In this document: positions 32,156-41,900 of the stretch, in pieces
Numbering within the stretch: position 1 is the stretch's first letter
How the letters are laid out: each line of letters begins with the position of its first letter
Virus record (IMG/VR): IMGVR_UViG_3300046477_000062
Span: 118,548 to 168,385 of that record
Reading direction: 5' to 3' (one strand)
DNA: 49,838 bases
From: a virus
Taxonomy: Duplodnaviria > Heunggongvirae > Uroviricota > Caudoviricetes
Program-made: the position numbers and the translations under genes
Notes under the pieces: generated by a model
The model's database searches: none
Told to the model about the DNA's origin: nothing
What the model saw: only the letters and a program-made list of their open reading frames with translations

Positions 32156-32222
32156 TTACGCAGTAAAGATTGGCAGTCCTGATTGTTCGGGACTGCCGGG
32201 ATAGATTCACATGGGATAAACA

Positions 32223-34658
32223 ATGGACTACGTTCTGAAATCATCGATTCATACAGTGATTGGCGAGACGATCATTGCGGACATCCGTTCGCAGCGTTCT
32301 GCCTATTACTTCTTCGTTGGCGGGCTTGACCTCTCCAATGGCACAGGTGCGACCAGTGCGGACGACACTTACACATATGAATTGGGCGTTCGGAACCAGA
32401 TCGTCTCTCTGAAGAAGATTCAGGATTCCGACGTTTCGTTCGTGGTCCCTCGCATCGATTGGGTCAGTGGCAATGTCTACGACCAGTACGATGACTATGC
32501 GCCTGACTACCCTGCGGTATCGGGCGCTACTTCTATTGCGTCGGCACAATTCTATGTGGTGACGGACGAATACAAGGTCTACAAGTGCCTGTTCAACAAC
32601 AATGGCGCACAGTCCACCATCAAGCCGACCTCGACGCTTTCGACACCGTTCTACTCGGCGGATGGCTATCGCTGGAAGTTCATGTACATGATTCCGCTGT
32701 CGGCACGCAACCGGTTCATGAACAATGCGTTCATCCCGGTGCAGACCGCATTGCTGGACAACTTCTATTCAGCGGGCCAAATCCTCACCACGGCGATTCT
32801 GAACAAGGGCACTGGCTACACAACGGCCTCGATCCTGATCGACGGTGACGGCCAAGGTGCGGTGTTGACTCCGGTCATCAGCGGTGGACAGATCATTCAG
32901 GTGATCGTGACCAATCCGGGCACGGGATACACCTACGCGAACCTGACGGTATCTGGTAATGGTACGGGTGCAAATGTTGTGGCGACGCTCTCTGTGGGCG
33001 ATCTGGACACGGCACAGGCCGATGTCGAACTGTTGGCAACACGCGGCACGATTGAAGCCTATCGCATCACCAATGGTGGGTCGGGCTACCAAGCACTGAC
33101 GGCGCAAACTGATGGCCGCACGAATGGCACAACCAATCAATTCCAGATCACGGATGGTGGTGCAGTGGTCAATAACGGCCAAAACGTGTCGATCTGGCGT
33201 AACAACTGGCAAGGCAATCAACAGCAATTCACATCGCCACGCACGAACTATCTGTCGTACTCCCAACAGTTCGACAATGCGGCATGGACCAAGAGCAATA
33301 TAACGGTCATTGCCAATGCGATTGCTGCACCGGATGGCACGGTGACGGCGGAACACATGGGCGACACGGACACCACGACCACGACCCGTAGCCTTCAGCA
33401 CTTGTCAAATACTTCGGCCAATGCTGCGGCCACGAACACGTATTCGATCTTTGTCAAGAAGGCAGAACGCAGCTACGTCATTCTTCGCATGATCGCAACG
33501 AACGCCACAGGGAACTACTGTACTGCATGGTTTGACGTGAATGCGGGTGTAGTGTCCGGTACGACTAATGTCGGTAGTGCGATTGGAACAGTTGCAAGCA
33601 TCACCCCGTATCCGAACGGTTGGTATCGCCTCTCGATTAGCGGCACTCCTAATCCCGGTGTGACAAGCCAAGGTGTGGCCTGTTTTGTTGCTGCACCGGT
33701 TGTTCTGGGGAATAGTTCGAACTATACGGGCGTTACTGGTGCTGGCATTTATGTCTGGGGTGCGCAACATGAAGACGGTAGCGTGACGACTTCGTACATC
33801 CCCACGACCACGGCGGCACTGTCGGTCACGGATATTTCGTCACTTACTATTGACGGTCGTGTGACATTCAGTAGCAATCCGAACAATGGTGACTACATCA
33901 CATGGAAAGGCCAATACATCCCGGCAACTGGCGGTGCGGCAACTGTGGTGACAGGTTCCCCGGTGGTTTCACTGGATACGTTGTCTGGTCCGACTGTGGC
34001 GATTGATGGCGATGGTACGGGTGCAGCGGGCTATCCGATCATCTCGAATGGTCAGATCGCGGGCATCATCGTGACCAATACGGGCAAGAATTACACCTAT
34101 GCCAAGGTGACGATCAGCGGCAACGGCCTTGGTGCAACGGCAGTGCCGATCTATGCGCCGCCCGGTGGACATGGCAAGAACGCCATTAACGAACTGTTTG
34201 CGACCCGTCTGTCGTTCTTCAGCAACCTTCTGAACGATCAGAACCAAGGTCTGACTGTCTCGAACCGTTTTACCACGATTGGGTTGCTTCGTAATCCTAG
34301 TGAATATGGTTCAGACCGGTTCTACACTTCGGCACAAGCTTCGGGATGCAATCTGATTACCTTCAATGGACCGGCCCCGGCACAGAATGATTTGCTGACG
34401 GATCGTACAACCGGTAATAGATTCCAAGTGGTGCAAGTGTCTGGATCAAGTTTGTTGTTGCAGAACCTTGACAATTACGAACTCCCAAGTAATTCGTCTC
34501 TCCTAAATAATAACTCAGGTGGACAAATTACGGCGGTAGGCATTACTGACCCATCCATCGATAAATTCTCTGGTGATCTGATGTTCATCGACAACTTCGC
34601 TATCAATCAGCAAGCCGGTCAACAGATCATCATTTTCAAGACCACACTCAAATTCTAA
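32223..34658 (+). CDS. gp8: Baseplate wedge subunit gp8 with inserted domains
   Basis: VVPRIDWVSG.VYD.YDD...FYVVTDEYKVYKCLFNNNGAQST..P...DGYRWKFMY. Confidence 0.88.
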   Translation: MDYVLKSSIHTVIGETIIADIRSQRSAYYFFVGGLDLSNGTGATSADDTYTYELGVRNQIVSLKKIQDSDVSFVVPRIDWVSGNVYDQYDDYAPDYPAVSGATSIASAQFYVVTDEYKVYKCLFNNNGAQSTIKPTSTLSTPFYSADGYRWKFMYMIPLSARNRFMNNAFIPVQTALLDNFYSAGQILTTAILNKGTGYTTASILIDGDGQGAVLTPVISGGQIIQVIVTNPGTGYTYANLTVSGNGTGANVVATLSVGDLDTAQADVELLATRGTIEAYRITNGGSGYQALTAQTDGRTNGTTNQFQITDGGAVVNNGQNVSIWRNNWQGNQQQFTSPRTNYLSYSQQFDNAAWTKSNITVIANAIAAPDGTVTAEHMGDTDTTTTTRSLQHLSNTSANAAATNTYSIFVKKAERSYVILRMIATNATGNYCTAWFDVNAGVVSGTTNVGSAIGTVASITPYPNGWYRLSISGTPNPGVTSQGVACFVAAPVVLGNSSNYTGVTGAGIYVWGAQHEDGSVTTSYIPTTTAALSVTDISSLTIDGRVTFSSNPNNGDYITWKGQYIPATGGAATVVTGSPVVSLDTLSGPTVAIDGDGTGAAGYPIISNGQIAGIIVTNTGKNYTYAKVTISGNGLGATAVPIYAPPGGHGKNAINELFATRLSFFSNLLNDQNQGLTVSNRFTTIGLLRNPSEYGSDRFYTSAQASGCNLITFNGPAPAQNDLLTDRTTGNRFQVVQVSGSSLLLQNLDNYELPSNSSLLNNNSGGQITAVGITDPSIDKFSGDLMFIDNFAINQQAGQQIIIFKTTLKF
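34504..34509 (+). promoter_or_regulatory. Possible late promoter for tail fibre (inside gp8)
   Basis: CCTAAATAA ~155 nt upstream of the fibre ATG. Confidence 0.35.
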
Positions 34659-34664
34659 GACGAC

Positions 34665-37600
34665 ATGGCATACACAATGGTATATCGCGGTGTCAAGGGT
34701 TCTCCGCTGACGAACGCAGAAGTTGATACCAACTTCCAGAACCTTGATACCTACAAAGCGCCGCTGGATAATCCGGCGTTCACGACTGCCGTGGGCGTTA
34801 CGGGACCGGTGACGGCTGTCGCTGCATCTGGCGCACTCATTGCCTCGAACGGTTCGGGTACGGGTGCTACGTCGATGTTCCTGAAGCGGATTGGGGCGGC
34901 AACCGATCAGAAGACCTTCGAAATGATTCAGGACGCATCGGGTAACTTCACGATCCGTTCCGCGAATGATGCATACACATCGTTCTACAACGTTCTGCAA
35001 GCCAAGCGCAGCACGACCTACACGCTCGCCTCTGTGACCCTGATGGGTTCGGGCGGTCGCGTGCTGATCGGTACGGGTGCGGATGATGCAACGAATGCCC
35101 TTCAAGTGACGGGCAACATTGAAAGCGATTCAAAGCTGTTGCTGACGGGTACGACATCGGGCCTCGAAATCGGTTCGACTTCATCCACTGGCACGCCTGT
35201 CGTGGACTTCCACTCGTCGGGCACGGCTGCGGACTATGACGCTCGTATTTCGGCCACTGGCGGTTCGTCAACAGCGGGTCAAGGTACGCTTACGGCCACG
35301 GCACTGAACATCGTCCTGACATCGGGCGGTTCGCCTACGCTGACGCTGAATAACGGCGGTCGCGCACTCCTGAACACGTCTACGGACGATGGTTCAACCA
35401 TGCTTCAGATCAAGTCCGGTTCGACCGGCCAAGGTCTGACGGTTCAACGCAATACACAACCGCTTCAGTACGTCGCTATCAGTGCGTCGTCGGGTCTTGA
35501 CACGTCTGCACCGAACGACAACAAGATCACGTCATACTCGCCCACGGGTGCGGCAAAGCCCCTGTATATCCATTCGACCACGGATGAAGCGGGTACGGCT
35601 GCGACCAATGGTGTGCCGGGTATCAACTTCAAGGTCTACAACGCGACTTATGGCCGATTCTGGTCAACGGGTCGGTTCGGTCTTGGTGCGACTATCACGG
35701 ACGATGGTTCGTCGCAGCTTCAGGTCCAAGGTGACGCGAAGATTACGGGTGACATCATCGGCAACGGTACGACGACTATTCGTTCGGACTACCGGTTCGT
35801 CGTGGCGCGCAATTCGACCTCGTTCACGCCGTACATGTACATCATCAATTCGGCATGGACACAATCAGCACTGCCGACTAGCCAAACATCGCTTGGTAAC
35901 GTGTCGATCAAGTGGGGTTCCACAACGGCTGATGATACGGCTGGTCCGAATGCGGCTGACTTTATCGCCTATGGCAACGCGGATGGTACATCGACGGCGT
36001 TTGTTGGTGCGCGTACTGCTGGTAACGCGTCGGCAGGTAAGGTGTATCTGAACGGTTCGGGTACGGTGGTTGTCAATTCGTCTTATGACGACAAGAGCAC
36101 GATCTTCATCGTCAACAAGGCAGCATCTGCTCCTGCACCTATCAATACGCCGACGACGCGTATTATCGATGACGGCAATGCGACCAGTGGTGGTCTGGCA
36201 ATTGAATCGTACCAACCGATCATCCAACTGATCGACCGTTCGGCATCAGCCAAGAACAGTCGCATCATGCAGAACGCGGGTACGATCTACTTCGCTAATG
36301 ATCCGGGTGACAATTCGGGTACATATGCTGCGCCGGGTGTTGTGTTCAGTCCTGATGGTTATATGGCTGTCGGTAGTGCCGCGTCGCTGTCATCGAACGT
36401 CAATTTCTACGCCAATGGTCCGACTGTCGGTACTGGTACGTCGCAATACGGCTTCTACTTCAATGGCGAATTCAATTCGTCTGCGACCAGTGCTGGCTAT
36501 TCGTTCCAAGCTGTGCCGAAGGTCAATGCATCTGCCTTCACGATGGCGAACCTGTACGGCTTTGCTGCGAACGCTCCGACCATCGGTACAGGTGCAACGG
36601 TCACAAGTTATCAGGCGTTCTATGCGGCTGATTCGAGTGCCGGTGGTTCGAACTACGCGTTCCGTACCAACATGACAAGCGGTTCCGGTAAATGGGCGTT
36701 CTATTCAAGCGGTACTGCACTGAGCTACTTCAATGGCAACGTGTTGATTGGTACTACTACGGATAATGGCACCGATAAGCTTCAGGTGACTGGTTCGGCT
36801 ACGGTGACGGGCACACTTACATCTGGTTCACACACGGTGACGGGTGCGGCTGCATCGTATCGCGCGATTTCGTACTACACGGCCACGACACAACGTTGGA
36901 TGATTGGTGCAAACCAGACGGCTGAAAGTGGTAGCAATGCTGGTTCGGACTTTTCGGTTGATCGCTATAACGATGCAGGTACGTGGGTCGATTCTCCGCT
37001 TACTATCCTCCGTTCATCTGGTGTGGCGAACTTCAAGTTCCGTCCGACCGTTAACGGTAATGCAGTGTGGGATGCGGGCAACCTGAACTTTGCAACGCCC
37101 CCGGCTATCGGCGCAACGACACCGAGTACCGGTAAGTTCACGACTCTCGCAACGACCAGTACCATCTCGGCGGCAAGCACGGTGTCGAGTGGTCCGGGTG
37201 CAGGTTCGGCTACGTCCTACGTCACGCCGACTGCGATCTTTGCGACCAAGACGGGTAACACTGGTGCGACCGATTGGTACACCGAAATGTGGAATGACGG
37301 TACGACCGGTGGTATCTGGATTAACAACGGTTCTTCCGCGAATTCGAAGGGTCTGATTACCGCAACAGCGGCACAAATTCAGTCTGGTATCCCGTCGATT
37401 CTTGGACGCAACGCGGCGGTTCTGCATTCGCATTGGTCAGGTAGTTCCGCAACGCCGAATTCGCCTAGCGCGGCACTCAATTGTTCCGCAACATGGCTGT
37501 CTACTGGTCGTCTGCGTATCTACTTGACTACGGCGTTCGGTTACGCCACGCACGCGATCATCGTCACCGGAACTGCCGCAACAAACGGCACGAACTGGTG

Positions 37601-37727
37601 TGTGGTTTCGCAGATCGGTAACGCCGGTGATGGTACATGGATCGACATTGGCTGCGTGATCACGGGTAACGGGGCGGGTAGCCCTGTCGAAATGCAGATG
37701 CAATGTACTGTTCTGAAGGTGATTTAA
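34665..37727 (+). CDS. Tail fibre protein (1020 aa)
   Basis: N-terminal RGVKGSPLTNAEVDTNFQNL; G/S/T/A-rich; repeated G-x-V-L-I-G-T-x-x-D-D...LQV-x-G junctions; followed by chaperone-like gene. Confidence 0.88.
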   Translation: MAYTMVYRGVKGSPLTNAEVDTNFQNLDTYKAPLDNPAFTTAVGVTGPVTAVAASGALIASNGSGTGATSMFLKRIGAATDQKTFEMIQDASGNFTIRSANDAYTSFYNVLQAKRSTTYTLASVTLMGSGGRVLIGTGADDATNALQVTGNIESDSKLLLTGTTSGLEIGSTSSTGTPVVDFHSSGTAADYDARISATGGSSTAGQGTLTATALNIVLTSGGSPTLTLNNGGRALLNTSTDDGSTMLQIKSGSTGQGLTVQRNTQPLQYVAISASSGLDTSAPNDNKITSYSPTGAAKPLYIHSTTDEAGTAATNGVPGINFKVYNATYGRFWSTGRFGLGATITDDGSSQLQVQGDAKITGDIIGNGTTTIRSDYRFVVARNSTSFTPYMYIINSAWTQSALPTSQTSLGNVSIKWGSTTADDTAGPNAADFIAYGNADGTSTAFVGARTAGNASAGKVYLNGSGTVVVNSSYDDKSTIFIVNKAASAPAPINTPTTRIIDDGNATSGGLAIESYQPIIQLIDRSASAKNSRIMQNAGTIYFANDPGDNSGTYAAPGVVFSPDGYMAVGSAASLSSNVNFYANGPTVGTGTSQYGFYFNGEFNSSATSAGYSFQAVPKVNASAFTMANLYGFAANAPTIGTGATVTSYQAFYAADSSAGGSNYAFRTNMTSGSGKWAFYSSGTALSYFNGNVLIGTTTDNGTDKLQVTGSATVTGTLTSGSHTVTGAAASYRAISYYTATTQRWMIGANQTAESGSNAGSDFSVDRYNDAGTWVDSPLTILRSSGVANFKFRPTVNGNAVWDAGNLNFATPPAIGATTPSTGKFTTLATTSTISAASTVSSGPGAGSATSYVTPTAIFATKTGNTGATDWYTEMWNDGTTGGIWINNGSSANSKGLITATAAQIQSGIPSILGRNAAVLHSHWSGSSATPNSPSAALNCSATWLSTGRLRIYLTTAFGYATHAIIVTGTAATNGTNWCVVSQIGNAGDGTWIDIGCVITGNGAGSPVEMQMQCTVLKVI

Positions 37728-37732
37728 AAAAA

Positions 37733-38260
37733 ATGACTATCAAATATCGCATTACTGATACTGGCACGGAGCAAGTTGCTGATAACGGCGACGTGACCGT
37801 TCTCAAAATAGGTACACCGGAATATCAGGCGTTCTTCAATTGGCTGGTAGCTGGCGGTGTACCCGAAAACATGATGAATACAGAGACGTTGCAGGACGTA
37901 AAGACGCGTCTGTCTGGTGACATCGATAGCAAGATCGCGAGCATCTATTCTAATTGGACACGTTTCCAGCAAGAGTACATTGAACGTCTGAACGCGGCCC
38001 AAGCGTTCAGGGATGCTAACTACATTGGTGATCCGGGAGTTTGGGTCACTAGTTTCGCGATCCCGGCTGGTTTGACTAATACTCAGGCCACGGATGCAAT
38101 CATCAACCAGTCGATTACATTGAATGGTGCGTTGCAAGCCCTTGGTGCATTGCGGATGCGGAAGTACGAAATCCTGAACGCCAAGGACAAGCCAACCGCA
38201 CAGTCGGTTCATGATGACATCGTGACGAAGATCGACGCAGTGGCGGCTTCACTTAGCTAA
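37733..38260 (+). CDS. Putative tail fibre assembly chaperone (175 aa)
   Basis: Position directly after the fibre; PEYQAFFNWLVAGGVP then helical domain; start re-called to 37733. Confidence 0.65.
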   Translation: MTIKYRITDTGTEQVADNGDVTVLKIGTPEYQAFFNWLVAGGVPENMMNTETLQDVKTRLSGDIDSKIASIYSNWTRFQQEYIERLNAAQAFRDANYIGDPGVWVTSFAIPAGLTNTQATDAIINQSITLNGALQALGALRMRKYEILNAKDKPTAQSVHDDIVTKIDAVAASLS

Positions 38261-38268
38261 ACCATATT

Positions 38269-38296
38269 GACCCGGTTCGTCCGGGTCTTTCTTTTT
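38269..38296 (+). terminator. Intrinsic terminator
   Basis: GACCCGG-TTCGT-CCGGGTC followed by TTTCTTTTT. Confidence 0.85.
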
Positions 38297-38310
38297 CTAT
38301 GGAGTACATA

Positions 38311-38865
38311 ATGATCTATCTGAAATACGCGTTCCAGACTGTCCTCAATCTGCTGTTCACCCTGTTTGCGGTGATTGTGGCCCCATTCGTCGCACGGTTT
38401 GCGGACAAAGACGGCTGGTTGCCCGACTATCTCAAATGGTTCCAGACCTTTGATGCCTCGCTCGATGCTGGCTGGAAAGATGGCTATTTCGGCACGTTTG
38501 CGGCCCCGCCTACCGGCCTGAAGCTGTGGTGGATGCGTACCAAGTGGCTGTGGCGCAATCCGGCCTATGGCTTCTGTTACTGGTTCCTTGGTACATCATT
38601 CAATCCTGAAGACTGGACGGTCGAAACCTTCATCCAAGAAGGGAACTACACCAAGTTCATTGCACGGTCAACAGATGGTCACTTCTGCATCTCCTACAAT
38701 GGACCGTGGGGAAGCTGGAAACTTGGTTGGAAAGCATGGAACTACTTCCAGAAGCTTGATGAACAAGGAAAACCCATCTGGAACGATAAGCCGTGGGGTC
38801 CGCAATGGATCGCACCTATCTGCTTCACGCCGAACTTCTGGAAAGGATTCAGCTTCAAGAAGTAA
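38311..38865 (+). CDS. Trp-rich protein with N-terminal membrane segment (184 aa)
   Basis: GGAG SD before 38311; LPDYLKWFQTFDASLD...WLWRNPAYGF. Confidence 0.78.
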   Translation: MIYLKYAFQTVLNLLFTLFAVIVAPFVARFADKDGWLPDYLKWFQTFDASLDAGWKDGYFGTFAAPPTGLKLWWMRTKWLWRNPAYGFCYWFLGTSFNPEDWTVETFIQEGNYTKFIARSTDGHFCISYNGPWGSWKLGWKAWNYFQKLDEQGKPIWNDKPWGPQWIAPICFTPNFWKGFSFKK

Positions 38866-38872
38866 CACTATG

Positions 38873-38899
38873 GCCCGCCTTGTGCGGGCTTTTTATTTT
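38873..38899 (+). terminator. Intrinsic terminator
   Basis: GCCCGC-CTTGT-GCGGGC followed by TTTTTATTTT. Confidence 0.85.
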
Positions 38900-38906
38900 G
38901 TCAAGC

Positions 38907-38912
38907 TAAATA
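38907..38912 (+). promoter_or_regulatory. Late promoter
   Basis: GTCAAGCTAAATA, the same 13-mer found before gp13. Confidence 0.7.
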
Positions 38913-38952
38913 GTTTCTACGAAACAATCCTCATATCCACACTAAGGATACC

Positions 38953-41900
38953 ATGAGCGCACAAATCCAAAATTTCAATACTGCACCGTACTACGACGAC
39001 TACGACGAGACTAAGAAGTTCTACAAGGTCTTGTTCAAACCCGGCTATGCGGTTCAGGCGCGCGAACTTACGCAGATTCAAACCATGCTTCAGCAGCAGA
39101 TCAAGCGGCATGGCGACAACATCTTCAAGGATGGATCGATGGTGATTCCGGGCGGAACGTCCGTGGATACTTCGTTCCCCTATGTGAAAGTCCAGAACAG
39201 CTACAACAATGGCGCACAGGTTGCCTACTACACGGACCAACTGGTCGGCGCATTCGTCGTCGGACAGACTTCTGGCGTGCGTGCGCAGATCATCAAGGTG
39301 GTCCACACAAATACGGTCAATCCCGAAACCCTGTACGTGAAGTACATGAACAGCGGTTCGGACAATCAGACCAAGGTATTTGCTGATAACGAAGCACTGG
39401 TCCCGGAAGATGCATCCCTCTCGTCGCTTGGTGTCCAGACTGTCACGTCCGGTTCGACGGGTATTGGTTCGGCTGCATCCGTGGCACGCGGTGTGTACTA
39501 CATCTCGGGCTTCTTCTGTCTCGTTGATGCACAGACGATTGTTCTGGATGCCTATAGTAATTCGCCGTCCTATCGTGTCGGCCTGAATGTGGCATCGACG
39601 GTGGTTGACAGCGAAGACGATGAATCCTTGCTGGATAACGCCCTTGGTGCATTCAACTACAACGCACCGGGTGCGGATCGTCATTCTATTGAACTGACGC
39701 TGGCTGCACTGCCGGTTGGTTCGACCAATGACGCGAACTTCGTGGAACTGTTCACGGTGGTTGATGGCGTGGTGCAATCCAAGGTTGACACTTCGACATA
39801 CAACGTCATTGCCGACACGATGGCACGCCGTACCTATGATGAATCGGGTGACTATACGGTCACGCCTTTCACATTGGATGTGCGCGAACACCGTAGTAAC
39901 AATCGTGGCGCATGGTCAGCGAATCTGGCTGTACTGGCGGGCGACATCGTTACCAATGGCACGAACATCTATACAGCCAAGATCGGCGGCACGACCGGAA
40001 CGACTGCGCCGTCTGCAACGACTGGTGACATCACTGATGGTACGGTGACGTGGAACTACACGCCTAAACCTTCGTACAACCGTGGTATCTACACTGCCGA
40101 ACAGGGTGGTGATGCGACGATGCTGGCCCTTGGTCTGGAACCGGGTAAGGCATACGTGCGTGGCTATGAAGTCAGCAAGGTTGCCATTGATTACCTGACA
40201 GTTCCCAAGGCACGCGATACACAGTACGCGACCAATGCCAAGGTTGCGTCGAAGGTCGGTAACTACATTCTGGTGACGAACGTCAACGGACTGCCGAATA
40301 TCGCCCAGAACGCCACGGTGACACTGTATGACCAACTGAATACCTCGCGCGGCACGGCGAACGGTTCTGTGGTCGGTACGGCACGCGTGCGGGCATTTGA
40401 ATACGATTCGGGTACGGCTGGAACGACTTCGGCTGTCTACAAGATGTCCCTGTTCGACATCACGCTGAACGCTGGTAAGAACCTTGGCGATAACGTCAAG
40501 CAGTTCTACATCAACAATGGCGGTGCTGCGACCAACTTCACGGCAGACATCTTCCCGTTCCTGTTGATCAACACAGGTTCGATCACGGCATCTGGTTCAA
40601 CCACGGTGACCGGTGTCGGCACGCTGTTCCAATCAGAACTGGTGGTTGGCGACTACATCACTTGTGCTGGTGGGACGAAACGCGTCACGGCCATCGCATC
40701 CAACGTGTCCCTGACCGTGGATTCTGCTTTGACGGTGACGGGTTCGGCGTTCTACACCTTGGGTACGGTGCTGAATGAACCGGGCAACAGCCCCGCGATC
40801 TTCCAGATGCCGAACTATGCAATCCAGACGGTGCGCAGCAATGACGGCACGATTGGTACTGCCTATTCGATTCAACAGTATTTCACTCAGACGACCAACG
40901 GTTCGGGCGCAATCACGTTGGCTGTATCGGGCGGCAATGACACATTTGGTTCGGAAGCCGAATCAACGAACTATGTCTGCGTGGATAACACGACTGGCCT
41001 GATCGTTGCACCTACGTCCATCGTCCGTAATGGTCCGCTGTACACACAGGCAACGATCACCTTTGGTGCGACCTATGCAACGCGTTCCTTCACGGTGATT
41101 GCCACGGTGAATCGCTTTGGTGCAGGTACGGAAAAGACCAAGACCCTGACGACTGCAACGACCACGTTCAGCACGGCTGCAACGGCACAATTGAAAACGA
41201 TTGGCTTGCCGGTTGCTGATGGTTATACATTGGTGTCTGTGATGATGGATACGGGTACGTTCGCGTCCCCGACCGGTTCGTACACCAAAGATATTACGAC
41301 CAACTACTCATTCTTTGACGGTCAGACCGATTCGTCCTATGGACAATCCACGATCACCCTGATTGATGGCAGTCCGGTTCCGGTCGCACCGATCCGTGTG
41401 ACGTACCAGTACTTCCAGCATTCGGTGACGGGTGATTACTTCACGGTCAATTCGTACCTGTCCACGATGGGTTATGCATCGATCCCGTCATACAACGGTG
41501 TGTCATTGCGTGACTGTATCGACTTCCGTTCGCGGATCGACAATACGGGCAAGAACTACACATCAACAGGCGCAGTGGTCAATGGTGTGCCGAAGCGTGG
41601 CGTGGACATTTCGACCAACTACACGTTCTATCTGCCCCGTAAGGACAAGCTGGCGCTGTCAATCGATGGTTCGTTCTTTGACGTGAAGGGTGTGTCAAGC
41701 CTCACGCCGTCTTTGCCGGATGATCCGACAACGGCAATGGTGCTGTTTACGATTTCGCTGGACGCCTACACGTTCGATACCAGTTCTACCAGTGTGTCGG
41801 TCACGACGATTGACAACAAGCGGTACACCATGCGCGACATCGGCAAGATCGATGCACGCGTGGCTAATCTGGAATACTACACATCGTTGTCCCTGCTTGA

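Noticed and set aside
37700-37740. TTTAAAAAAAA run at the fibre/chaperone junction as a possible -1 frameshift
   Set aside because: In the fibre frame the codons are ATT TAA, so the T_TTA_AAA heptamer is not in the correct register; the chaperone has its own ATG at 37733.
34665-38260. Diversity-generating retroelement or invertase acting on the tail fibre
   Set aside because: No reverse transcriptase, recombinase, template/variable repeat pair or inverted crossover sites seen in the window.
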